Assembly: GCA_963780225.1 (NCBI GenBank)
Contig: CAWAAX010000027.1
Location: 1 to 64,000, forward strand
Direction of reading: 5' to 3'
DNA length: 64,000 nucleotides
Source of the DNA: an uncultured bacterium
GTDB taxonomy: Bacteria; Edwardsbacteria; AC1; EtOH8
Below, piece after piece: positions 50,365-60,656 of this stretch (position 1 is the first letter of the stretch; every line of letters begins with the position of its first letter). Below the pieces are notes generated by a model that worked only from the letters and a program-made list of their open reading frames with translations, did no database searches and was not told the origin of the DNA. Position numbers and translations under genes: made by a program.

Positions 50365-51784
50365 TTATTTTATGGTTAGAAACTCCAGGCATAGCACCTT
50401 TTTGGTTGTTGCCGTGACGGGGTATGCATTTGATCTCCTGATCCCGCAGAGCCAGACCACGGTTTTCCCCCGGCGGACCAGCGGCCAGCCCGCCCTTTGT
50501 GCCTGCGGAATCCTGGCCTCTATGAAAATGTCCTTGATCTTCTTGTCCGACCTCTGTCCGAAGGGGATCATCCGGTCCCCGTCCTTTTTGCCCGTGATCC
50601 GCAGAGGACTGCCGTCCATTATGGCGGCGTCGAAGCAGGCCAGCTCCGGCGGGCATTTGTTGATATTCCGGACATCCCGCTTTTCGGCCAGCCGGGCTTT
50701 TATGGAATATGCTCCGGCCCTGGTGGTTCCCGGTATCTTCAGCGCCCCGGCTTTAAGCCCCGGAATCTGATTTTTGCTTTCTGCTTTTGCTTTTTGGGCA
50801 GTCAGCACCGCCCGGTCGTATATTTTCTCGATCCAAACATCTCCCGACAAATTGACTTTGGCCCCTGTTCTCCCGTTGTGGATCAGTTCCATGGCGCTGG
50901 AGATATGCAACAAATCCGGCACCGCCCCCCTGCCTAAAAGCAGCTCCGAACAGTGTCGTAATATATTATGCTGTAACCCTTTATTATATAACTTAAATTT
51001 TGATAAATCAATAGCTATTTTGGATTTATCGCATTTTGTACACGAGCGAAAAGCCTTTTCAACCTGTTCGTTTATGATCTCCAGATCGTGCTCCACATTA
51101 CCCGCCAGCTGGGACAAGGCCTTCTTTACTTGGGGATTATAAGTTTCCAGCAGGGGCATCAGCTGATGGCGGACCCGGTTGCGGAAGAACTGTTGGGAAC
51201 TGTTGGAAGCATCCCTGCGCCCGGCTAGTTTGTGCTGTTTAAGGTAGGCTTCGATTCGTTCCCGGCTGCAGCCCAGAAGAGGTCTGACGTATGGCCCGTT
51301 GACCAAAGGGATCCCGGCCAGGCCGCTTAAGCCGGAGCCCCGGATCAGGTGCATCAGCACGGTCTCGGCCTGGTCGTCCAGGTTGTGGCCGGTGGCTATC
51401 TTGCTGCATTTTTGTTTTTTTGAGACATCCAGCAGGGCCGCCCGCCTCAGCTCCCGGGCCGAAGTTTCCAGGGAGAGTTTGTTCTTCCGGGAGTGTGCTT
51501 TGACATCCACATTCACTGTGATCAGCTTTACCCCCCAGCGTTCAGCCAGCTGCCTGGCCCAGGCGGCATCGGCTTGCGAGGCTTTTCCCCGCAGATGGTG
51601 ATTGATGTGGCAGGCGGTCAGTTTGAAACCCAGTTCTCCGGACAATTCGTTCAAGACATGGAGCAGGCACAGCGAATCCGGACCGCCGGAGAAGGCCGCC
51701 AGCACGTGATCCCCGGAGCGGATCAGCTTCCGGGAGGTTATTAGTTCTTTGACCTGTGATCTCAGGTCTTCTTTTTGTATTCAT
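50365..51784 (-). CDS. tilS: tRNA(Ile)-lysidine synthetase (+1 insertion just after the start codon)
   Basis: SGGPDS, GHNLDDQAET, RNRVR; removing one A restores M..KEDLRSQVKELI..GDHVLA. Confidence 0.92.
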
Positions 51785-51899
51785 CTGATATTTTCTATAA
51801 GGAATCCATGAATTACAGGAATGATTATTTGGTTCAGAGTTTCCAAATGGTTTCCTTGGCATCTGAGGTATAAAATATTTTCCTGTCTTCATGGTTTCC

Positions 51900-53462
51900 T
51901 TATAGTTTCTCTGGTTTAGCTCCGGCCGGTCTCAGCATCTTGAACATCTCCATCAGCTCGGCTATCCGGAACAACCGGGCCAGGCCCAGATAGACCGCCC
52001 CCAGCCCCAGCATCATGGCCGCCAGGTAGAATATCTTGGGGCCCAGATGCCCGCCGTCCACCCAGCGCAGCCAGCCCAGGCTCAGACCCCAGCCCATCAG
52101 GCCTACCAGGACCGAAGCCGCCGCAGTTTTCAGCAGCACCGGCAGCAGCAAACTCAGTTTGATCTCCCGGACCCGGGACCGGATCAGCCACAGGCTTAAA
52201 AGCGCAATCAGGGTGTAGGCGGCGGCATGCCCCAGGGCCAGCCCGTCCACCCCCAGCTTCCCGATCACCAGCAGGTTGAATACGGAGTTGAAGGCATTGC
52301 CGATGAAGTTGAGCACCATCGGGGTCTTGGTGTCCTGCAGGGAATAAAAGACCCGGTTCAGGAAAAGGTATAAAGTAAAGGAGAACAGCCCCAGCGAATA
52401 CAGGGACAGCACCCGGGCCAGCAGAATGCTGTCGGCGGCGTGGAAGCGCCCGTGTTGCATCAGCGACTGGACGATGGGAAAACTGCAGGTGATCAGCACC
52501 GCCATGGACGGGATGATGCAGAGAGCGCTCCAGCTTATTCCCTGGCGGACGGAGCCGGCAAAACTTTCCCATTCCTTCTTCACCGCCTGGTGGGACAGCC
52601 CCGGCAGCAAAACGGTCCCGATGGACACCGCCAGCAGGCCGTGGGGCAGGATGTAAAAGGCGAATGCGTACTGCAGGGCCGAGACCCCGCCCTGGATGCC
52701 GATGGCCAGGTTGTTCTGGACTGTCAGGTTCAGCTGGTTGAAGGCCACGTAAAGTATCACCGGCAGGGAAAGCCGGAAGGTCTTGACCACCGCCGGGTGC
52801 CTGAAGTCCACTGTGAAATGGTATTTAAAGCCGCAGTCCTTAAGGCCGGGAAGAAGGAACAGCACCTGGACCAGCACCCCGAAGGTGGTGCCGAGGGCCA
52901 GCCCGGCCGGGCCGAACCAGGGGAACAGTTTGTAGGCGAACAGGGAGGCGATGACCACCAGGTTGTTGGCCACCGGGGCGTATGCCACCGCAGCGAACTT
53001 GCCCCGGGCGTTAAGCACCCCCCCGCCGATGGCCGAAAGCCCGTAGAAGAAGATCTGGGGGATGAAGAACCAGAAGAAGAACAGCACCTGTTCCCGGGTG
53101 GCGGTCTGGGCCTTCAGGGTCTGGATGTAGACCAGGAAGGGCGCGGCGGCTAAGCAGACCAGGGTGGTGGCGGCCATCACCAGCAGTCCGGCGTTGATCA
53201 CCTGGCTGATGTTGAGCCAGGCCTGTTTTGGCTCTTGTTGGGAAAGCTGTTCCACGATCACCGGGATGAACACCGCCGACAGGATCCCGCCCAGGATCAG
53301 CTCGTAGATCATGGTGGGCAGGACGTGGGCCAGGTTGTAGGCGTCGGCCAGCGGGGTAAAGCCCAGCACCGCCCCCAGCGCCGCCCATTTGACGAACCCG
53401 GTCAGGCGCGAGAACAGGGTGCCCAAGGACATCCCGGCTATTGATTTGAGGGTTTTGCTCAT
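51900..53462 (-). CDS. murJ: Lipid II flippase MurJ
   Basis: TLFSRLTGF, GGILSAVFIP, RVFYSLQDTKTP. Confidence 0.92.
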   Translation of the reverse strand: MSKTLKSIAGMSLGTLFSRLTGFVKWAALGAVLGFTPLADAYNLAHVLPTMIYELILGGILSAVFIPVIVEQLSQQEPKQAWLNISQVINAGLLVMAATTLVCLAAAPFLVYIQTLKAQTATREQVLFFFWFFIPQIFFYGLSAIGGGVLNARGKFAAVAYAPVANNLVVIASLFAYKLFPWFGPAGLALGTTFGVLVQVLFLLPGLKDCGFKYHFTVDFRHPAVVKTFRLSLPVILYVAFNQLNLTVQNNLAIGIQGGVSALQYAFAFYILPHGLLAVSIGTVLLPGLSHQAVKKEWESFAGSVRQGISWSALCIIPSMAVLITCSFPIVQSLMQHGRFHAADSILLARVLSLYSLGLFSFTLYLFLNRVFYSLQDTKTPMVLNFIGNAFNSVFNLLVIGKLGVDGLALGHAAAYTLIALLSLWLIRSRVREIKLSLLLPVLLKTAAASVLVGLMGWGLSLGWLRWVDGGHLGPKIFYLAAMMLGLGAVYLGLARLFRIAELMEMFKMLRPAGAKPEKL

Positions 53463-53514
53463 ATAAATGATTATACCTTATTTTGGGGCAAGGCTCAATT
53501 GTTTTTTTACCTCT

Positions 53515-53560
53515 CCCCCCATGGTAGGGACACGGCATGCCGTGTCCCTACCATGGGGGG
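53515..53560. repeat. Perfect 46-bp palindrome with GTAG-type REP core
   Basis: CCCCCCATGGTAGGGACACGGC-AT-GCCGTGTCCCTACCATGGGGGG. Confidence 0.85.
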
Positions 53561-53702
53561 GTCAAAAGAAACAGTCCTGCGGTATCCGCAGGACTGTTTG
53601 GTACAACCCTGTTTATGAACACGGCTCGCCGTGTTCATACGGGTAATCTTACCCAGATGAAATATCTTTTGTGTCTTTGTGCCTTGGTGGCAAACGGTCA
53701 CC

Positions 53703-53903
53703 CTATTTCAATCCCACCAACGTCTGCGCCTTGTTCGGGGTGAACTTCACCTTGCCCTCCCGGGCCAGCCAGCCCAGGGACAGGTAAAGTTGCTTGTCGT
53801 CCAGCTTGGCCAGTTTTTTAAGGGAGCTGAGGTTCTGGGTCCCCTTGGCGTTTAGCGCTTTCCATATTGCCCCGGCATTTTGGCCGATGATCGCAGTCCA
53901 CAT
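53703..53903 (-). CDS. Small winged-helix protein (DUF2582-like)
   Basis: IGQNAGAIWKAL..LGWLAREGK. Confidence 0.85.
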   Translation of the reverse strand: MWTAIIGQNAGAIWKALNAKGTQNLSSLKKLAKLDDKQLYLSLGWLAREGKVKFTPNKAQTLVGLK

Positions 53904-54226
53904 TTTAGTTCCTCCCTCATTATATATGGTAAAAAGCGGATGCAAACGAGTGTAAAGTATCTTATAAGAATACACCCTAATCTTGACAAAATCAAGAAAT
54001 ATTTTATCTCCCCTACCTCCTTCTCCTATGTCTGCACTGGGCTGAGTCGATGATTGGAGTGGGGAACAAAAACCCTCTCTCCTGGATTACCAGGAGAGAG
54101 GGTTTTATCTGGATGGTGGTTTCGATACACCCCGCCGTCGGCTGAGTGGCTGGCATTTCGATAGATTTGCACTTCGAAATGCCAGATGTATCGAAGCCAG
54201 GCGGGGCACTCAACCACCGGCCAGGA

Positions 54227-55690
54227 CTAATTTCTAAAACTATGCGCCACCGACAGACTCCCCACGAACAAGAATCCCAGCCAGTACAACAGCAAAAACG
54301 GCACCGAGGCCAGTTGCATGTGCTCAAAGGCGTACCACAAGGCCGCCGAGGTGTAGACCACCAAAAGCAGTTCCAGCACCACCGTCAGTTCGAACTTGGC
54401 CTTGTACTTCTTCCCCGACCAGCCCTTGGGCTTGCCCAGGGTCAGATTGTACTTGGGGGTGCGGGCAAAGGCGCTCTGGCGGTTGAGCAGGGCGCTGAAC
54501 ACCGCCTTGGAGTTGATCACCGACAAGCCGATGGCCCCGGCCATCAGGATCGGCAAAAAGCAGATGCGGCGGCGCCAGTCAGGATAGATCTCCTTTTGGG
54601 CGTAGATGTAGAAGATGGGATAGCTGAAGGCGCAAAGTGTGAAGACCGTGGCCCCGATGAAGAAGCCCCGGGAAGCAGCCTGGGAAACCTTGAGGATCAT
54701 CATAGGGAAGGACAGCAGGGTCACCATCAGCATCACCGGAAAGACGATGTGGTTGGTCAGGTGGACGGTGGCCTCCCATTTGCGCAGGCCGGAAAGCTTG
54801 GGATCACGCCAGATACGGGGCAGAAGTTTCTTGGCGGTCTGGATGGCGCCCTTGGCCCAGCGGTACTGCTGAGCCTTGTAGCCATGGACCTCCTCCGGTA
54901 CCTCGGCCGGGCAGACGATGTCGTTGACGTAGACGAACTCCCATCCGGCCAGCTGGGCCCGGTAGGAAAGGTCCATGTCCTCGGTCAGGGTGTCCTGCTG
55001 CCAGTCGCCGGCGTTGACTATGGCCTCCTTCCGCCAGACCCCGGCGGTGCCGTTGAAGTTCATGAAGATGCCGGAAGAATTGCGGGCCCCGTGCTCTATC
55101 ACGAAATGGGCGTCCAGTCCTATGGCCTGGCCCTTGGTCAGCAGCGAAGCCTGGCCGTTGATGTGGCCCCAGCGGGCCTGCACCAGACCGATCTTGGGCG
55201 AGGAGAAATAGGGCATCATGTTCTTGAGGAAATCGGACGGGGGCACGAAGTCGGCGTCGAAGATGGCCAGGAACTCGCCCTTAGCCGCGGCCAGTCCGGC
55301 CTTAAGCGCTCCGGCCTTGAAGCCGCTGCGGTCGGTGCGGTGCAGGTGGACGATGTTGATCCCCTGTCTGCGGTACTTTTCGGCCAGCTGCCCGGCGTGC
55401 TCCCTGGTCTCGTCGGTGGAGTCATCCAGCACCTGGATCTCCAGCTTGTCCTTGGGATAGTCCAGGGCGGCCGCCGAGTCTATCAGCCGCTCCACCACAT
55501 ACTTCTCGTTGTAGATGGGAAGCTGCACCGTGACCGTGGGCCATTCGGTGATCTGGCAGCGGACCTTTTGGCGGTTGATCCTGTTTTTGCGGTAAAGATA
55601 GACCATCAGATATGCATGGAAGGAGTACACCGAGAGCACCAGCATCATCAGGCAGTAAAATACCAGCAAAAGGATATCGTAGGTGGACAT
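54227..55690 (-). CDS. Processive GT2 glycosyltransferase (cellulose synthase-like/CslA type)
   Basis: QLPIYNE, DDS, KAGAL, FDADF, TEDMD, QQYRW. Confidence 0.9.
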   Translation of the reverse strand: MSTYDILLLVFYCLMMLVLSVYSFHAYLMVYLYRKNRINRQKVRCQITEWPTVTVQLPIYNEKYVVERLIDSAAALDYPKDKLEIQVLDDSTDETREHAGQLAEKYRRQGINIVHLHRTDRSGFKAGALKAGLAAAKGEFLAIFDADFVPPSDFLKNMMPYFSSPKIGLVQARWGHINGQASLLTKGQAIGLDAHFVIEHGARNSSGIFMNFNGTAGVWRKEAIVNAGDWQQDTLTEDMDLSYRAQLAGWEFVYVNDIVCPAEVPEEVHGYKAQQYRWAKGAIQTAKKLLPRIWRDPKLSGLRKWEATVHLTNHIVFPVMLMVTLLSFPMMILKVSQAASRGFFIGATVFTLCAFSYPIFYIYAQKEIYPDWRRRICFLPILMAGAIGLSVINSKAVFSALLNRQSAFARTPKYNLTLGKPKGWSGKKYKAKFELTVVLELLLVVYTSAALWYAFEHMQLASVPFLLLYWLGFLFVGSLSVAHSFRN

Positions 55691-55912
55691 GGTATTGTTA
55701 TATGATAGTATTGAACATTACAGTTCCTAAACTCTAAACCCTAAACCCTAAACTCTAAACCCTAAAAACTAAACCCTAAACTCTAAAACTTAAACTCTAA
55801 AACCTAAACAATATCAAAGCACTAAAAAAACCATAAACAGTTTGGAGATTGCCTGATTTCGGATATTAGATTTTGTTTAGGATTTAGGATTTTGATATTA
55901 GAATTTCCGGTG

Positions 55913-56491
55913 TCAGCTGAGGTTCTTCAGCACCATCTTGGCCACCGACTTCAGGGTCTCGAACACCCCATAGCCCTGGTGGGCCACCGCCTCGATCTCC
56001 GGAGAGTTGAACTTGTTCAGTTGCCCCCTCAGCTCATCCACCGAAGCAATGTTGGGCAGGTCCCTTTTGTTGTACTGGATGATGAAGGGAATGGTCTGGA
56101 TGTTCAGCCCATACTCCGTCATGTTGTCCTGGAGATTGGCCATGGATTCCACGTTGGCCTCCAGCCTTTCCACCTGGGAATCGGCCACAAACACCACCCC
56201 GTCCACGCCCCTCAGGATCAGCTTGCGGCTGGCGTTATAGAACACCTGTCCCGGCACCGTATAAAGATGGAACCTGGTCTTGAATCCCTTGATGCTCCCC
56301 AGGTCCAGCGGCAAAAAGTCGAAGAACAGGGTCCGGTCCAGTTCGGTAGCCAGGGAGATCAGCTTGCCTTTGGCCTCGGGCGCCACCTTGGTGTAAATGT
56401 GCTTGATATTGGTGGTCTTGCCGCAAAGGCCGCATCCGTAGTAGACGATCTTGCAGTTGATCTCGCGCGATGAATAATTTATTAACGACAC
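55913..56491 (-). CDS. mglA: Ras-like polarity GTPase MglA
   Basis: [33 protein letters not shown]. Confidence 0.93.
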   Translation of the reverse strand: MSLINYSSREINCKIVYYGCGLCGKTTNIKHIYTKVAPEAKGKLISLATELDRTLFFDFLPLDLGSIKGFKTRFHLYTVPGQVFYNASRKLILRGVDGVVFVADSQVERLEANVESMANLQDNMTEYGLNIQTIPFIIQYNKRDLPNIASVDELRGQLNKFNSPEIEAVAHQGYGVFETLKSVAKMVLKNLS

Positions 56492-56506
56492 TTTTGGCGC
56501 TCCCGG

Positions 56507-57013
56507 CTACTTAAAAAGGTTATCCAGCTCGGATTCTGCCTCGGAGGCGAAATCGGAACCGAAATTTGAACCCGACAGCGGCGGGGGCGGGGGTGATTCC
56601 TCTAACTTGGCAAAGATGGTCTGGAACATCTTGATCAGTTCGGCCACCGTCTGCTTGGTGCGGACCCGCACCAGGCCCAAGGTGGTACGCTGGTCGAAAA
56701 TCACCGCCAGCATCACCCTGGATTCGATGGAGGCTACGTAGATGTTCTGTTTCTCCCCCTGATGGAACAGGGTGGAGAATTCCTTCTCCCCCACCAGCAT
56801 GGCCAGCTGGCTGGTGGCCGCAAAATCGGCGGCCGAGAGCGAGGCGAACGAGGTGGTGTCCAGCTGGCTGATGTCCCCGGCCGTGGTGATCAGCTGGCCG
56901 GCTTTGTCTATCAGCAGCACCGCCAGGGAATTGGTGTTCTTAAGGAGCTGGTTCAATAGCTCGTTAATAGACCAAAAATCGTCCTCGAACACGTTTAAAT
57001 TTTCAACCGGCAC
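56507..57013 (-). CDS. mglB: Roadblock/LC7 protein MglB
   Basis: LIDKAGQLI, LVGEKEFSTLFHQGE, TLGLVRVR; directly upstream of mglA. Confidence 0.9.
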   Translation of the reverse strand: MPVENLNVFEDDFWSINELLNQLLKNTNSLAVLLIDKAGQLITTAGDISQLDTTSFASLSAADFAATSQLAMLVGEKEFSTLFHQGEKQNIYVASIESRVMLAVIFDQRTTLGLVRVRTKQTVAELIKMFQTIFAKLEESPPPPPLSGSNFGSDFASEAESELDNLFK

Positions 57014-57198
57014 TTTAATTCACCTCTAAAAATTTTCTTATTGAGGCTCCCGTTTCGGTAAATCCTAATATCTAATATCGAATATCTAAACAAGCTCGAA
57101 TTTATTAATCTCGAAACCGCAAACTGTTCGAGGGATTGAGCGTTTTGGTTATTGGTATTTGTTTCGGATTTATTGTTTAGTGATTAGGATTTGCTAAG

Positions 57199-58122
57199 CT
57201 AAAGGCTGCACTTCTTGCCCAGGTTCTCCCACCGCAGGTCGATGTCCTTCTGAATCTCTTCTATGATGGCCTGGTTCTCCGGGCGCTTCAGGTGGCGGAA
57301 CCGCTCCTGCTGGAACATCCATTCGGTGATGGGCTTTCTCTCCTTGGGGGTGTAGTTAAGCTTGTACTTGCCGTCCTCCACCTCGTACAGCGGCCAGAAA
57401 TTGGTCTCCACCGCCAGCCGCCCCAGCTCGGCGGTCAGCTCCGGCAGATAGCCCCAGCCCAGCCGGCAGGGCTGCAATACGGCGATGAAGGCCGGGCCGC
57501 CCTTGGCCAAAGCCTTTTCCACTTTCTTGGTGAAATCGGACCAGTTGCCCACCACGCTCTGGGCCACATAAGGAATGCCGTGGGCCGCTATGATCTCGGT
57601 CAGGTTCTTGCGGAACTGGATCTTGCCGGGGATTTTTTTGCCGTTGGGGCTGGTGGTGGTGGCGCTGCCCTTGGGGGTGGCCGAGGAGCGCTGGATCCCT
57701 GTGTTCATGTAGGCCTGGTTGTCGTAGCAGATGTAGAGCATGTTGTGGCCGCGCTCCATGGCGCCGGACAGGGCCTGCAGCCCGATGTCGTAGGTGCCGC
57801 CGTCGCCGCCGAAGGCCATGAAACGGATGTCCTCGGTGACCGTACCCTGGCGTTTCAGCGACTTGTAGGCCGCTTCGACGCCGGAGATGGTGGCCGCCGA
57901 GTTCTCGAAGGCGCTGTGGATGAAGGGCACGTCCCAGGCGGTATAGGGGAAGATGGTGGAGACCACTTCCAGACAGCCGGTGGCGCAGGTGGCCACTACC
58001 GGCTTGTCGCCGGCCGCCAGCAATGCCTGGCGGGCCACGATGGTGGCTCCGCACCCGGCGCAGGCCCGGTGTCCCCCGGTGAACTTGTCGCCCCGGGCCG
58101 CCAGTTCTTTAAGATTTGCCAT
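57199..58122 (-). CDS. porB: Pyruvate/2-oxoacid:ferredoxin oxidoreductase beta subunit
   Basis: [33 protein letters not shown]. Confidence 0.92.
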   Translation of the reverse strand: MANLKELAARGDKFTGGHRACAGCGATIVARQALLAAGDKPVVATCATGCLEVVSTIFPYTAWDVPFIHSAFENSAATISGVEAAYKSLKRQGTVTEDIRFMAFGGDGGTYDIGLQALSGAMERGHNMLYICYDNQAYMNTGIQRSSATPKGSATTTSPNGKKIPGKIQFRKNLTEIIAAHGIPYVAQSVVGNWSDFTKKVEKALAKGGPAFIAVLQPCRLGWGYLPELTAELGRLAVETNFWPLYEVEDGKYKLNYTPKERKPITEWMFQQERFRHLKRPENQAIIEEIQKDIDLRWENLGKKCSL

Positions 58123-58196
58123 TTTATATATTATCCTTGTAATAAAATTCTAAATTCAGAATTCAAAATTCAAAATTCTGCCTTCTGTTTTTGTAT

Positions 58197-59372
58197 TTAG
58201 TCCCGGACCCCCAGGTAGCTGACCGCATCGGCCTTGACCTTGCCGGCCTTCAGGTCCAGGAACAGGCCCTCGATCTGCTCCATGTCTATCTCCCGCCCGC
58301 CCAGGCCGTAGATCACGCCTGCTATCTGTGGCTTCTTGGCCGAGCCGTAAAGGGCCGAGCGGACCTCGGTGAACACCGGGCCACCGAAGCTGCCGATGGA
58401 GTCGGAGCGGTCCAGCACCGCCACCGTCTTGATGTTCTCCAGGGCCCTGGCGATCTCCTCGGCAGGGAAGGGGCGGAAGACCCGGATCTTCAGCAGTCCG
58501 GCCTTGACCCCCTGTTTGCGCAGCTTGTCGATGACCACCTTGGCGGTGCCGCAGGTGGAACCCAAGGCCACGATGGCCACTTCGGCGTCGTCCAGCTGGT
58601 ATTTCTCGATCAGGCCGTAATTGGTGTCGAACTTCTTCCCGAACTCGGCCCCCACTTCCTTGATGACCTTCAGGGCGTTGTTCTGGGCGTCCACCATGGC
58701 CCGGCGGTGTTCGAAGTAATAATCAGTCAGGTTGATGGCCCCCACGGTAAAGGGCTTCTTGATGTCCAGCAGATGCATCATGGGATCGTACTTACCGATG
58801 AAGTTCTGGACATCGGCGTCGGGCAGGGTGTCTATCCGCTCCATGCCGTGGGAGATGATGAAACCGTCGGTGGTGACCATCACCGGCAGGCGGACGTCCT
58901 TGTGCTCGGCTATCCGCATGGCCTGGATCATGCTGTCGTAGGCCTCCTGGGCGTTCTCGGAGAAGATGTGGATCCAGCCGGCGTCGCGGCAGCCCATGGT
59001 GTCGGAGTGGTCGCAGTGGATGTTGATGGGGGCCGCCAGCGCCCGGTTGACGTCGGCCATCACGATGGGCAGGCGCAGCCCGGCGGCGATGTAGATCATC
59101 TCGTACATCAGAGCCAGGCCCTGGGAGCTGGTGCCGGTCATGGTCCGGGCCCCGGCCGCGCATGATCCGATGCAGGCCGACATGGCCGAATGCTCGGACT
59201 CCACCGCCACGAACTCGGTCTTGACCTCGCCGTCGGCCACGTACTGGGAGAATATCTGGACGATCTCGGTGGCCGGGGTGATGGGATAGGCGGCCACCAC
59301 GTCGGGATTGATCTGCTTCATGGCCAGAGCCATGGCTTCGTTGCCTGTCTTGGCCAGTATTATCTTCTGCAT
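58197..59372 (-). CDS. porA: Pyruvate/2-oxoacid:ferredoxin oxidoreductase alpha subunit
   Basis: AAYPITP, VESEHSAMS, SSQGL. Confidence 0.92.
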   Translation of the reverse strand: MQKIILAKTGNEAMALAMKQINPDVVAAYPITPATEIVQIFSQYVADGEVKTEFVAVESEHSAMSACIGSCAAGARTMTGTSSQGLALMYEMIYIAAGLRLPIVMADVNRALAAPINIHCDHSDTMGCRDAGWIHIFSENAQEAYDSMIQAMRIAEHKDVRLPVMVTTDGFIISHGMERIDTLPDADVQNFIGKYDPMMHLLDIKKPFTVGAINLTDYYFEHRRAMVDAQNNALKVIKEVGAEFGKKFDTNYGLIEKYQLDDAEVAIVALGSTCGTAKVVIDKLRKQGVKAGLLKIRVFRPFPAEEIARALENIKTVAVLDRSDSIGSFGGPVFTEVRSALYGSAKKPQIAGVIYGLGGREIDMEQIEGLFLDLKAGKVKADAVSYLGVRD

Positions 59373-59373
59373 G

Positions 59374-59670
59374 CTATTTGACCTCCTCTTCCATGACGAT
59401 GGCCTTGACCTTCTTCTTGCCCGGGCACTCGTGGGCGCAGATGCCGCAGCCCTTGCAGTGGTCCAGGTTGAACCCCGTCACCTGGCCGTCCTTTAGGATG
59501 ACGGCGGAATCGGGACAGTAGACCCAGCAGAACAGGCACTGGATGCAGTTCTCGGGATGGTACACCGGCCTGGAGCTTCTCCAGTCCCCGGTCTTGAAAT
59601 CCACGGCGGTGCCGCTTTTTTCTATATTACCGCCCAGGGCCAGTTCTTTGTATTTCTTCAATTCGCTCAT
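59374..59670 (-). CDS. porD: Pyruvate/2-oxoacid:ferredoxin oxidoreductase delta subunit
   Basis: Start MSELKK (ATGA overlap); TGDWR, CIQCLFCWVYCP, CKGCGICAHECP. Confidence 0.9.
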   Translation of the reverse strand: MSELKKYKELALGGNIEKSGTAVDFKTGDWRSSRPVYHPENCIQCLFCWVYCPDSAVILKDGQVTGFNLDHCKGCGICAHECPGKKKVKAIVMEEEVK

Positions 59671-60233
59671 GCCGATTTTACCTCCTCTGCCGCCCGCTTC
59701 ATGGATTGGATGTTCCCCTCTATCACCTCCGGCCGGTGGGCGAATTTCTTGGCCAGCTTCTTTTCGGTGTCCTCCATCATGCTCTTGAAATCCAGGATCC
59801 CGGTGATCTTTACCAGGGCCGCCAGCATGGGGGTGTTGGGGATGTTCTTGCCTATGGTCTCCTCGGATATCTTGGAGGCATCCACTGTGAATATTTTGCC
59901 GTCGAACTTGACGGACTTCTTGATCTCCACCGCGTCCAGACCGGTGTTGATGATCAGCATGCCGTCCGCCCCCAGGCCCGCGGTGACGTTGACCGAAGCC
60001 ATCAGGGTGGGATCCAGCACCACCACCACCTTGGGCGATTTGACCGGGCAATGCATCAGGATTGGCTGTTCGTCGATGCGGTTGAAGGATTGCACCGGGG
60101 CGCCCATCCGCTCCGGCCCATACTCGGGAAAGGCCTGTACATACTTGCCGGCTGACAATGCGGCATCGGCCAGCAGCAGGGCTGCGGTCTTGGCTCCCTG
60201 ACCGCCCCGTCCATGCCATCTAATCTCGATCAT
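59667..60233 (-). CDS. porC: Pyruvate/2-oxoacid:ferredoxin oxidoreductase gamma subunit
   Basis: EIRWHGRGGQG, FPEYGPERMGAP. Confidence 0.92.
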   Translation of the reverse strand: MIEIRWHGRGGQGAKTAALLLADAALSAGKYVQAFPEYGPERMGAPVQSFNRIDEQPILMHCPVKSPKVVVVLDPTLMASVNVTAGLGADGMLIINTGLDAVEIKKSVKFDGKIFTVDASKISEETIGKNIPNTPMLAALVKITGILDFKSMMEDTEKKLAKKFAHRPEVIEGNIQSMKRAAEEVKSA

Positions 60234-60309
60234 ATTATATTGATAACTCCTATAAATTGCAGTAGGATAAAAAACTGTCCCCAGACTGAAAATGCCAAAG
60301 TAAATAGTT

Positions 60310-60338
60310 AGTATAGCTCAAAATATGGTAAAAGTCAA
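60310..60338 (-). promoter_or_regulatory. Sigma70-type promoter of the por operon
   Basis: TTGACT-N17-TATACT. Confidence 0.6.
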
Positions 60339-60580
60339 ATACTTTTTGATTATTATGGGGATACGCCTGTCCCGGAACCGCCAAACCCCCTAAATCGGAC
60401 CCAGGCTTCGGCAAACTCAGTCTAAAGCCTGACACTGATTAAGACAATTTATACCCGCTAAAACACCGCCACCGCCTATGGCGGGGTGCCTCTAAGAAGG
60501 AATAATTATTCTTATTTTGAAATATACCACTTTAAACATTTACATGCAATAAAAATATCGCTTTCCGCCTTCAAATAATC

Positions 60581-60609
60581 TTGATAATTTACACCGGTTA
60601 TGCTATACT
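60581..60609 (+). promoter_or_regulatory. Sigma70-type promoter of tldD
   Basis: TTGATA-N17-TATACT with extended -10 TG. Confidence 0.6.
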
Positions 60610-60656
60610 GAACATTTGAAATTCAACCAAATAATTCCGGGGAGAATAAATATTCC

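Noticed and set aside
14963..51784. True pseudogenisation of prmC, prfA, rlmN and tilS
   Set aside because: prfA and tilS are normally essential, each lesion is a single-base insertion and the proteins are otherwise intact; sequencing error is more likely.
55727..55810. Plant-telomere-like CCCTAAA repeats or eukaryotic contamination
   Set aside because: Degenerate, short, and forms the left arm of an element with two other copies in clearly bacterial context.
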